A stretch of 64,000 bases of DNA from the human T2T-CHM13v2.0 reference genome, Homo sapiens: assembly GCF_009914755.1 (NCBI RefSeq), contig NC_060947.1. The stretch is one strand, 5' to 3'. Every line of letters starts with the position of its first letter. The stretch's first letter is position 1. Made by a program: the position numbers and the translations under genes. The notes under the pieces are model-generated. The model was not told the DNA's origin. It did no database searches and was given only the letters and a program-made list of their open reading frames with translations. Below, in pieces: positions 13,018 to 26,214 of the stretch.

Positions 13018-14100
13018 ACAGGCTCATAGGTGGAAAAGATTTGCCTTGTCTCCAATGAGACATCAGACTTTGGACTTTTGAGTTAATGCTAAAATGAGTT
13101 AAGATTTGGGGGGACTGTTAGGAAGGGATTTTAAAATGTGAGAAGAACATGAGATTTGTGAGGTGTGGCCAGGGGCAGAATGATACAGTTTGGGTATGTG
13201 TTGTCACCTTAATCTCATGTGGAGTTGTAATGCCCAATGTTGGAAGTGAGGCCTGGTGGGAGGTGATTGTGTCTTGGGGGTGGATTCTCCATATAAATGG
13301 TTTAGCTGTCTTAAATGGTGAGTGAGTTCTCATGAGATCTGGTTGGTTAAAAGTGTATGGTACCTCCCTCTACTCTGGCTCCTGCTCCTGCCATGTGAGA
13401 TGCCTGCTCCCCATTCACCTTTCACCATGATGGTAAGCTTCCTGAGGTCTCCCCAGAAGCAGATGCCTTTGGTATGCTTCCTGTACAGCCTTCAGAACCA
13501 TAAGCCAATTAAACCTTTTTTATATAAATTACCCAGTCTCCAGTATTTCTTTATAGCAATGTGAGAACAGACCAATTCAGTTGTCATTTCAAAAATGTTC
13601 ACATCATCTAAACTAAAAGTAGATTCCATCTCAAAAAACCACTTTCTTTGTTCATCCATGAGAAGCAACACCTCATCCTTTCAAGTTTGATCATGAGATT
13701 GTAGTAATTCAGTTGCATCTTCAGGATCCATTCCTATTTCTAAATTTCTTGCTATTTCTACCACATCTTCAGTTACTTCCTCCATTTAAGTCTTGAACCC
13801 CTCAAAATCATCCATGCTGGTTGGAATCAACATTTTCCAAACCCCTATTAATGTTGATATTTTGGCATTCTCTCATGTGTCATGAGTGTTCTTAATAGTA
13901 TCAAGAATGATGAATCCTTTCCAGAAGGTTCTCAACCAACTTTGCCCAGATCGATCAGAGCAGTCACTATCCATGGCAGCTGTAGCCTTACAAAATGAAT
14001 TACTTAAATAGTAAGACTTAAAGGACAAAATTACTCCTTGATCCTTGGGCTACAGAATTGATATTGTATTAGCAAGCATGAAAACAACCTTAATCTTCTT

Positions 14101-14618
14101 TTACAACTCCATCAGAGCTTTTGAGTAAACAGGTACATTGCCAATGAGCAGTAATATTTTCAAAGGAATCTTTTTCCCTGAGCAGTTGTTCTCAAGAGTA
14201 GGCTTAAAATATTCAGTAAACGATGTTATAAACAGATGTGCTGTCATCCTGGCTTTGTTGTTCAATTTTAGAACACAGAAAGAGTAAGCATAATTCTTAA
14301 GGAATCTAGGATTTTCAGAATAGTAAATGAGCATTGGCTTCAGGTCAAAGTCACCAGCTGCATTAACCCGTAACAAGAGAATCAGCCGGCTTTTGAAGTT
14401 TTGAAGCCAGGCACTGACTTCTATTCTCTGGCTATGAAAGTTCCAGATGGAGTCTTTTTCCAATTGAAGGCAGTTTCATCTACATTGAAAATCTGTTGGT
14501 TAGCCACTTTCGTCAGTTTGGCTGAATCTCCTGGATAACTTGCTGTAGATTCTACATCAGCATTTGCTTCTTCATCTTGCACTTTTATGTTATGAATACA
14601 CCTTTCCTTACATCTCAC
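14101..14618 (-). pseudogene. Tigger1 pogo-type DDE transposase remnant
   Basis: ORF track peptides [46 protein letters not shown] and [10 protein letters not shown], where the expected LIDNAP Asp is replaced. Frameshifted. Confidence 0.9.
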
Positions 14619-14797
14619 AAAACAACCTCTGCTAGCTTCAATTTATTCTTTTGCAGCTTCTAACTTTTCTCAGCCTTCATAGAATCGAAGAGAGTTAGGG
14701 CTTTGCTCTACATTAGGCTTTGACTTAAGGAAATGTTGGGTTGATCTACGCGGACTATTAAAATTTCTCCACATTAACAATAAAACTGTTTCACTTT

Positions 14798-17229
14798 TGT
14801 ATTGGGCTCTTCTTACACTGCTATAAGAAAATATTTAAGACTGCATAACTTATTTAAAAAGCAGTTTAATTGGCTCATAGTTTTGTAGGTTGTACAGGTA
14901 TGACTCTGGCATCAGCTCAGCTTCTGGGGAATCCTAATGGAGCTCATAGTGGAAGGTAAAGTGGGAGCCTGCACATCACATAGTGAGTGCAGGAGAGAGA
15001 GGAGGGAAAGTGCCACACACTTTTAAATGACTACACCTTGCAAGAACTCACCCACTATCATCAGGACAGCATCAAACCAGGAGGGATCTACCCCTCCATG
15101 ACCCAAAAACCTCCCACCAGGCCCCACAGTCAACACTGGGGATTACAATTCAACATGAGATTTGGCCAGGACATATATTCAAACTGTAATATTCCACCCC
15201 TACACCCCCAAATCTCACGTCCTTCTCACAATGCAAAATGCAGTCATCCCCTGCCAATAGTCTCCTAAAGTCTTAACTCATTCCAGCATGAATTCCAAAA
15301 TCCAAAGTCTCATCTGAGACAAGGGAAGTACCTTCCACCTATTGGCCTGTAAAATAAAAACCAAGTTATTTACTTCTGAGATATGATGGGAGTATAGTCA
15401 TTGGGTAAACATTCCCATTCCAAAATAGATAAATCAGCCAAAAGAAGGGGTCTACAGGTCCCATGCCATTCTGAAACGAAGCAGGGCAGTCATTAAATCT
15501 TAAAGCTCCAAACTGCTCTCCTTTGACTCCGTGTCTCACGTGTCTCACATACAGGGCACGTTGCTGCAAGTGGTGGGCTCCCAAGGCCTCAGTTAGCTCC
15601 ACCCCTGTGGCTTTGCAGGGTTCAGCAGCCCCTAGGGCTGTTATCACAGGTTGTTGAGGACCTGCAGCTTTTCTGTGCACAGGGAGCAAGCTGCTGGCAG
15701 ATCTACCATTCTGGGGTCTGAAGGATGGTGGTCCCCTTTTCACAGTTTCACAAGGCAGTGCCCTCATGGGGACTCTATGTGGGGCCTCAGACCCCACATT
15801 TCCCCTCTGGACTGCCCTAGTAGAGGTCCTCTGTAGGGGCTCCACCCCTGCAACAGACTTCTGCCTAGGTACTCAGGCTTTCTCATACAGCTGCTGAAAT
15901 CCAGGTGGAGGCTGCCACGTGTCCTTCATTCTTGTGTTCTGTATGCCCACAGGCTTAAGCTTACTTGGAAGCCACAAAGGCTTGCATTCTCCAAAGTGGC
16001 AGTCCAAGCTGCACCTAGGCCCCTTTGAGTCACAGCTGGGGGTGGAGTGGCCTGGATGTGGAAAACAGTGACCTGAGATTGTGCAAGGCATCAGGACACC
16101 GGGCCTGGCCCACAAATCCATTCTTCCCCCTAGGCCTCTAAGCCTGTGATAAGAGGGGCTGCTGTGAAAATCTCTGAAATCTGAAACAGACCTCTGAGGT
16201 CTTTTTCCCATTGTCTTGGATATTAGTACTTGGCTCCCTTTCAGTTACGCAAATACCTTTAGCAAGTAGTTGCTCCACAACCTGCTTGAATACCTCTCCC
16301 AAAAAGTTTTTTCTTTCTTTGTAACAAGGATAGGCTGAACATTTTCCAAACTTTTACATCTGCTTCCTGTTTAAACATAAATTCCAACTCTATGTCATTT
16401 CTTTGCTCCTGGATCTGAGTGTAGGAAGCAGCCAGGCCACATTTGAATGCTTTGCTGCTTTGAAATTTCTTCCACTATATCCCCTAAGTCATGACTCTGA
16501 AGTTCAAAATTTCACAGATCCCTAGGGCATTAATAGAATGCAGCCAAGTTCTTTGCTGAGGCCTAATATGCATGACCTTTGCTTCAGTTCCCAATAAGCT
16601 CTTCATTTCCATCTGAGGCCTCATCAGAGTGAACTTCACTGTCCATATAACTATTACCATTTTAGTCAAAACCATTTAAGCAGTCTCTAAGAAGTTGCAA
16701 ACTTTCCTTCATCTTTCTGTCCTCTTCTGAGCCCTCCAAACTCTTCCAACCTCTGCCTATTACCCAGTTCCAAAGCTGCTTCCACATCTTCAGGTATCTT
16801 TATAAAATGCCCCACTCTTGGTACTAATTTTCTGTATTAGGCCATTCTTGCACTGCTCTAAGGAAATACTTGAGATTAGGTAATTTACGAAGAAAAGAGA
16901 TTTGATTGTCTTGTGGTTTGGCAGGCTGTACAAGCATGGCACTGGCACTTGCTTGTCTTCTGGAGAGGCCTCAGGGAGATTATACTCATGGCAAAATGGG
17001 AAGCAGGAGCTCATATGTCACACGGTGAGTGCAGGAGCAAGAGTGGGGAGTTCCCATACACTTCGAAATGACCAGATCTCACAAGAACTCATTCACTGTG
17101 AGAGGCATAGCATCTACCCATGAGGAATCCACCCCCATGACCCAAACACCTACCACCAGGCCCTACCTCCAATATTGGGATTGCAATTCAACATGAGATT
17201 TGGCAGTGACATATATTAAAACTATATCA
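14798..17229 (-). mobile_element. Second full-length MSTA-family provirus (LTR 14798-15191, internal, LTR 16833-17229)
   Basis: Antisense LTRs begin TGTATT and end ATATCA. Internal part is the reverse complement of the 11525-13180 type sequence. TSD degenerate (ACTTT/CATTT). Confidence 0.92.
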
Positions 17230-17386
17230 CATTTCTTTTAATTTCCTTCAAGAACTTTCCTTTGCATTGACAACTTAGCTTGCCATTTGGTAGAAGAGGC
17301 CTAGCTTTCAGCCTGTCTTGGCTTTTGATATGTCTCCCTCACTAAGCCTAATCATTTCTAGCTTTTCATTTAAAGTGAGAGATATG

Positions 17387-18132
17387 GCTTTGGTCACCTC
17401 AGTCAGTATAGCTATTATAAAACAGTCAAATACTAACAGATGCTGGCAAGGCTGCAGAGAAAAGGGAATGCTTATACACTGCTGGTGGGAATGTAAATTA
17501 GTTCAGCCACTATGGAAAACATTTTGGAGATTTCTCAAGAAACTTAACAGAACTACCGTTAGACCCAGCCATCTCATTACTGGATATATACCCAAAGACA
17601 TAGAAATCATTCTACCATAAAGACATATGCACATATATGTTCATTGCAGCACTATTCACAATAGCAAAGACATGGAATCAACCTAGGTGCCCATCAACGG
17701 CATAAAGAAGATGTGAAAATTATGCCTCATGGAATACTGCGTAGCCATAAAAAAAGAATAAAATCATATCCTTTGTAGCAACAGGGATGGAGGTGGAGGC
17801 CACTATCCTAAGTGAATTAATGCAGAAACTAAAAACCAAGTACCACAATGGTAAACACTGAGTACATGTTGAGGCTAAACTGAGTACATGTAGACACAAA
17901 GAAGGGAACATAAAGAGGGGGACACAGAGAAGAGAACCACAGTCACCGGGCCTACTTGAGGGTGGAAGGTTAGAAGAGGGTAAGGATGAAAAAACTAACC
18001 ATCAGATACTATGCTTGCTACCTGGGTGATGAAATTGTGCACCAAACACTAGCAAAACAAAATTTACCCATGTAACAAACCGGCACATGTATCCTCCCGA
18101 ACCTAAAATAAAAGTTAGAAGGAAAAAAAAAT
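17387..18132 (+). mobile_element. 5'-truncated L1PA13-16-type LINE-1
   Basis: [29 protein letters not shown] peptide. 3'UTR ends ACCTAAAATAAAAGTT plus A tail. Degenerate TSD AAAGTGAGAGATATG/AAAGTGAAAAATGTT. Confidence 0.9.
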
Positions 18133-18371
18133 AAAGTGAAAAATGTTTGACTCTTATTTTCACTTGAATACTTACAGGACATTGTAGGGTTGCTAAATGG
18201 CTTCACTTCAATAGTTTTGTGTCTCCAAGAATAGATAGGCTCAAGGAGAGGGAGAGAGAAGGGACAAATGCTGGTTGGTAGAGCAGTTAGAACACACATT
18301 TATCAATACATTGTATCCTTTTATATAGGTGTGGTTGGTGGTGCTGCAAAACAATCACAGTAGTCACATCA

Positions 18372-18688
<317 letters not shown>

Positions 18689-20806
18689 CACCAATCATAG
18701 ATCACCATCACAGATATAATAATAATGAACAAGTTTGAAATATTGTGAGAATTGCCAAAATGTAACATAGGATGTAGTGAGCACATGCTGTTTGAAAAAT
18801 GCTTCCCAGAGACTTGACTGACACAGAACCTTCAATTTGTGAAAAAAAAAGAAAAATGTAGTTTCTGTGAAGTACAATCAAACAAAGTGCAATAAAATGA
18901 TGTATGCCTGTACAGCCTTTTGACAGGACAATGGGAGTGGCTAATGCTGGCTGAGGGTATAGCAAGAAGCAAAGCAAAGCGATGGAAAAGCACAGGGTTC
19001 GTTTTAGAATCAGTAAACAGCCCAATTTGATTGAAGCAGAAGTTCAGGAGAATAGTGATATATGAGGTTGTAAAAGTTAGGTTAGGAGGCTTGAAAAAAA
19101 CTAAGGTATAGAAAAGAAGATGTGGAAAGTGGGAGGAAGACAACATAGAAAGACACAAAAGACAGCTCAACTGATGCTAGGCAGTCCCAGTTAACAGTGA
19201 AGCCAGTTTGGAAGTCTGGGTGTCAGAATAGAATCCCTCTGGGGTTAACCACAGTGGAAAATGGCATGCAACAATTACAGTTCAAAGAGGCAAGGGATCT
19301 TGGGATAGTAGCAGGTGCACTACTGTAACAGCCAATTCAGGGGTCCAGGCTGCTTGAGGTGGCAAATGAAGTCTAAGGTGATGGTCTGAGAGAATAGTAA
19401 AGGGACTGGGTATCACTGGGAATCAAAGGGTACTCAGTAGAAGCAGGAGGGCAGGAGATCTGAGCAAACAGGAGGTTTGTATTTTAGAGTTTGAGAACTT
19501 GATGACGGGTCATTTCAAAGTGATAATAAGATTTAATGTGTGAGATTGCTTATGCATAACTACATCAAGTAGAAATAATGCGTTAGAAAGTATAAAGTAT
19601 AGTAGAAATCAAGCATTAGGGTCAAAGATGTTGTAAATTTGACTGCATTGAACAAGTTTTAAAAGACAAGAGGCTTTAGTGAATAATCAATTAGGTGAGA
19701 AAAAGTTAATGTGATTTCCCAAAGGGCCAATTCTTCATAATTTTCACAGTGAGGGAAACTTGAATTAATTTACTTTGTTCCTGTTTTAGGGATCTATCAA
19801 ATACAGAACTTTCAAAGACATACAATTGTCAGTTATGTCTTACCTTTGAGCTCAAAATATTCATTTAAAATATAATCACATGTAAATTAGACATAGTACA
19901 TAAACTGTACTTCTTTCTTCGAATTTCTAATCTAACTGATTTTGGGAGGGGTTAATCTGCTCCCAGTGACCTACAAGATTTCAAACAGATCACTTAATAC
20001 ACATCATCATTGGACCATCAAAGTCACAGTTATTAGAGAATTATATGTATTTAGTTTGATATTTGATGATAGTAACATGCTATTTGCTACATATAAGAAA
20101 AGCAAACATTTTCATTAATATTCTGCTCCACCTATAAAGAATGCAGGCATTTTAATTTCTGTAATATTTCAAGTATGACTAATATGATTGAAGGATCTTT
20201 TCTCAAATAATTGACAATTAAGGTGAATTGTTTATCCTTTGACATTACCAGGAGTTAAAAACAAAACAATACAAAACAGCAAACTTAGCCTAAGTTGTAC
20301 AATTACATTAATTGAATGTGACTCAGCAGCATGGATTACTCATACTGTCATTACCCCAAAGTAAAGCTTCTGGAAGTGTCCAAAAGACTGAGGCAAATTT
20401 GGACAAATAGCTAGAGTTTTAAAAAACTGGATGACATCATCAAATACTAAAGGTTTCTCAAAGTTTCTTACATATGGTGGTGTGACCTACCATAAATTGA
20501 AATAATTAATGTCTGTTTGACCTTTGAAACATTTTAGTGGTGGTCTCCATAAAAGTACAACTTGTCTTTTAACAGGTGTAACTGTCCCATAGCACAAAAG
20601 AAGCCTTACCTTCAAAGTGTATTCACTTTTAGGGACTTCTGGGACAACCAGGGCCACCTAGGTCTCCATCTCCCAATGTTTCCTCCAAAACCACTAAAGA
20701 ACAACAAGGAGGAAAAAAGCAAGCCTATTCAAAATTCAAGCAAAAAGAAAAGGAGAAACAGCAACAAGTCCTAAGTCATTGAGGTTAACCTTAGTCTAAA
20801 AAATAC

Positions 20807-21116
20807 TTTTTTTTTTTTTAAGAGAGCCTCGCTCTATCACTCAGGCTGGAGTGTAATGGTACAATCATAGCTCATTGCAGCCTCGAACTTCTGGGATCAA
20901 GCAATCCTCCTGTTTCAGCCTCTTGAGTAGCTCAGACTATAGGAGTGCTCCACCATGCCCAGCTATTTTTAATTACTTTTGAGAGTCAGGGTCTTGCTGT
21001 GTTGCCTAGGCTGGTCTCAAACTTTTGGCCTCAAGCGATCCTCCCACCTCAGTTTCCTGTGTTGCTGAGATTACAGGCGCAGCTGGGATTACAGGCATAG
21101 GCCACCTTGCCCAGCT
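20807..21116 (-). mobile_element. AluJ with a small internal duplication (GCTGAGATTACAGGCGCA/GCTGGGATTACAGGCA)
   Basis: J-type ATCATAGCTCATTGCAGCCTCGAAC and CAAGCGATCCTCCCACC. TSD AAATACTTTT. Confidence 0.93.
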
Positions 21117-21144
21117 GGAAATACTTTTTAAAAAGTGTCTGGGA

Positions 21145-21480
<336 letters not shown>

Positions 21481-22332
21481 CTAAAAAGTCCGTGTAATTT
21501 AAAGGAGGAGTTTATAAAACTCATGGTATCTAGGAGTGAACAATGGTTAAAATAGGAAGACAGAAGCACCTGTTGGAATTAGTCTGTGAAGTGGAAAAGA
21601 GGCAAGAGAGATAAAATTAGGATCATGTATGATAAGAGACCCATAAAATCAGAGGACAAGCAACCGTGCCCCAATGGCAAAAACAAACTAATCCACCAAA
21701 GTATGTGGACTTTTCTCTACTGACAGAAATGTGTCTCGGTAAACTAGGAATCTTGTAAAACATCCCAGTACCACAAAAATGAACGATGACAAGATTAGCA
21801 GATCCATATAGAGTTTTGAAAAAACTAGAAAACTAAATTCAATACTTATCAATTGAGGTAGACCCAAGCACAGAAAAACAACCATGAAGCAAACCAAAAC
21901 TTTTAATGTAATATAATACTCCAAACAGTATTAAGCAGACACAATTGGTAATATTTTTAAAAACTCCAAGTCAGAAACTCCAAAGTTAAGGACAGTAAAA
22001 AGCAAACAAAGAAAGGAAGAAATAGACTTGATTTAACTCAGGAAAGAAATGGAAGAAAAATACAAACTTATTTTAGAAATGAAAAATAAATTACAGAATT
22101 CCTACGTGAGAACAATCCCTAGTAAAATGTAATAGGGGGCATTGGGGAATATTAAGAGGCAGGAAAACAGTAAATAAAATGAAAATGAGATTAGGAAAAC
22201 AAAAAGGATAACAAAGCAATGGAAATAAGAGATAAATAAAAAAGCAATGCCATTCATATTACTTCAGTCCCTATAAAAAGATAATCAATAGAACAAAAGT
22301 ACTACTGAAAAGTATAATCCAAGAAAACTGTC

Positions 22333-22772
<440 letters not shown>

Positions 22773-22837
22773 TGAAAACAGGAAGAATGGAAATTAACAA
22801 AATGAAAACAGAAAGCAGGGTATCCTGGAATCAGTAA

Positions 22838-23268
<431 letters not shown>

Positions 23269-23669
23269 TAAAAACTACAAAAGACACAGGGAGACAGAAA
23301 CAGAAAGACAGTGAGAAAAGGAAAGTTTAATACTCCACCCTCAATAGGAGACAGATCAAGTGGACAAAACATAAGAAGAGAGAAGATCTAAACAATATAA
23401 TATAATCAACAAGGTAGAATTTATTAATATATGTCACATTCTAAACTCTGACTATAGAGAATATGTATTCTTTTAAACTGCACGTGGCACATTCGCAAAA
23501 ATTAAACATATACTTAGTCATAAGAAAACATCAATAAATTTCAAAAAGGAGAACTATCACAAACAACCATCTTTGATCATGAAGCAGTTAAACTAGAAAT
23601 TGCTAATAAAAACAAAATATTTATTTTTGTCAATTGATAATTGCAGCCTTTTCATAATTAGCCAATATT

Positions 23670-23830
23670 TGGGGAAAAAATCGCAGGCACCTACCATGTG
23701 CTAGGCATAGGGTTTCAACAAGTATCAGATTTGGTCCTTGCCCTCAGGAGCAGTAAGTCTAGCAGAAGAAAAATAAACAGACAGACAATTAACATACAGT
23801 GAGGCTTGTAAGAGTAGGTATTAGAGCAGA
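23670..23830 (-). mobile_element. L2 3' fragment
   Basis: GCACCTACCATGTGCTAGGCA...GGTCCTTGCCCTCAGGAGC. Confidence 0.7.
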
Positions 23831-23869
23831 TGGTGAAACTCTGGCTTCTTGCTCTTTACTATACCATGG

Positions 23870-24442
23870 TACTATGTAGATATAATCACTATAGGCATGT
23901 TCCTATTTTTCGGAAATAGACACATATTTAGCATAAAGGGGCAATGATACATACATCTGACTTACAAGTGGTTCAGAAAGATAAAGAGCTAAAGTAAATG
24001 CAGTAAAATGTAAAATACAAAAGTGAATCCGGGTCAGGGGTGGTGGCTCACGCCTGTAATCCTAGCACTTTGTGAGGCCGAGCTGAGAAGATCACTTGAG
24101 TTCAGGAGTTCAAGACCAGTCTGGGAAACATGTTGAAACCTTGTCTCTAGAAAAAAAATTGAAAAAAAAAAAAATTAGCCGGGCGTGGTGCCTGTGGTCC
24201 CAGCTATTTGGTGGCTGAGGTGGGAGGATCACTTAAGCCCAGGAGGTTGAGGCTACAGTGAGCTGAGAGCATGCCACTGCACTCTAGCCTGTGCGACAGA
24301 GTGAGACCTTGTCTCCAAAAATAAAAATAAAAATAAACAAGTTAATCTGGACAAAGGGAATATGGTTTTGCTTATACTTTCCTGATCTTGCAACTTTTTC
24401 TAAGTTTGAAATAGTTTCAAAGAAAAATTTAAAAATAAAAAG
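23870..24442 (+). mobile_element. L1MC-type 3' end, interrupted by an Alu
   Basis: CAAGTGGTTCAGAAAG...TCTTGCAACTTTTTCTAAGTTTGAAATAGTTTCAAAG plus A-rich end. Confidence 0.7.
24032..24338 (+). mobile_element. AluJ
   Basis: GGTGGGAGGATCACTTAAGCCCAGGAGGTTGAGGCTACAGTGAGC. Near-TSD AAGTGAATCCGG/AAGTTAATCTGG. Confidence 0.93.
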
Positions 24443-24452
24443 AAATCTCTAG

Positions 24453-24867
<415 letters not shown>

Positions 24868-25481
24868 AGTTTAGTTTTATATAGTTCAATTTACTTGAGC
24901 CTTCTCTGGCTACGTTTTTGGTGTTTGTTTGTTTGTTTTCTCCCCTTGCAATGTCACATACATTGTTAAAATGCCTGTTTTTAGATCTTTTCTAAATATT
25001 TAAAAATTGTTCCTTTCCTTTCAAATTCTCCATTTTCTGAGATTAAACTTTTATTATTTAAGTTAATATTCCAATGCAAAATTTAAAATATGTATTTTAA
25101 TGAGATCTTCGAAATTTGAAAATTACATGGTTTCACACTTCAAATAGTAAAGCCCAATTCCTTGAAGAGCTTACTTTTGAGGTGGAAGCAGAGGAAAGAG
25201 TACAGGAAAAAAAAAAAAAAAACAGATAAGGTTTATAGGGAAATCAGATACAGAACCCTAGAGTTGTAGAGCTCTGTTTTGAAGGACACATAAGAGTTCA
25301 GGAAACAACAGAAAACACGCAAAGACAAAAAGAATAGCATTTGTTTGTTAAATAAGCAAGCTTATGAAGAAACAAGCTTCTTTCCTCCTCATTTTTTTTT
25401 TTTTTTTTTTACTTACCTGAGACAAACTTCTTCCCATACATCATGTGGTCATGACTGATTGAGCATGCCAGAATCAACAGT

Positions 25482-25610
25482 CTCATCAAGGAAAAAGAAT
25501 CTCATCAGGAGGACCAATAGTAACTTAAAGAGGACCAATGATCCTGTCAGGAGGACCTATAGCCATCTCAAGGGGACAAAGGGTCTCATCAGAAGAACCA
25601 ACGGGCATCT
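25482..25610. repeat. Degenerate 21-bp tandem repeat (~6 units)
   Basis: CTCATCAGGAGGACCAATAGT / AACTTAAAGAGGACCAATGAT / CCTGTCAGGAGGACCTATAGC / CATCTCAAGGGGACAAAGGGT / CTCATCAGAAGAACCAACGGG at 25501-25605. Confidence 0.85.
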
Positions 25611-25990
25611 TCTCTTCCTCCTGGCTTCACAGGAATCAGTAAATATCCCTGCCCTTTTTTGCCTTTATATAGGATCAAGTAACTGAGTTCTGGCTAATGA
25701 AATGTGGAGGAGTATGAACCACTTATGTGTGGATCACCTCCCCTTCTATTTCCATGATATGAGAGGGCCTACTTCGTTTAAAAATTAGGAACATGCTGTA
25801 CACATTCTCTTTGCATTGTTGAGCTTTAAGAGCGTGGCCTGATTGCAAAAGGTCACAAGATGCTATTTGACTTTTTCTCTTCCCTTGCATGCAATTCAGA
25901 TGCAAAGAATCCAGATCCTGAGGTCCGAGAAGCTGGCAGAGCTACATGATGAGACGTCCCTGACTGATTGCAATTAACTAAGAAATAAAC
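25611..25990 (+). mobile_element. Old MLT1(I/J)-like MaLR LTR fragment
   Basis: GTAACTGAGTTCTGGCTAATGAAATGTGG and a later AGAAATAAAC. Confidence 0.5.
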
Positions 25991-26214
25991 CAATCCTAAT
26001 TTTTTAACACTTCCCCTGTCCCCCTAATACTCTACCACTTAGAATCATTTTGAAGATTAAATAAGAGTGCCTGACACATACTGTTAGAGAAGTGGTTACT
26101 ATTATCATTCTTTGTTTGGAGGAGATTTTCTCAGCTTCTAAGATGTTTACTAGCTTTATAGCCTAAGGACATTTCTATCCTCCAGGCTGCTTTCCTCATC
26201 TGAAAACGGGATAG

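Noticed and set aside
14101-14618. Possible domesticated TIGD-like transposase gene
   Set aside because: Frameshifted, one catalytic Asp is replaced, and the reading frame is broken by MSTA insertions.
11714-16675. Many 60-160 aa ORFs in the MSTA internal regions (similar ones in THE1B-int)
   Set aside because: Fragments of the decayed MaLR internal ORF or chance frames. None is continuous.
19700-20620. Possible exons in the AT-rich unique stretch (TTTTAG|G near 19789; CTTACC near 19840)
   Set aside because: Isolated splice-like motifs without a convincing open frame or partner site. Not supportable from sequence alone.
25482-25610. CRISPR-like array
   Set aside because: Units are contiguous and degenerate with no unique spacers, the context is primate, and there are no cas genes.
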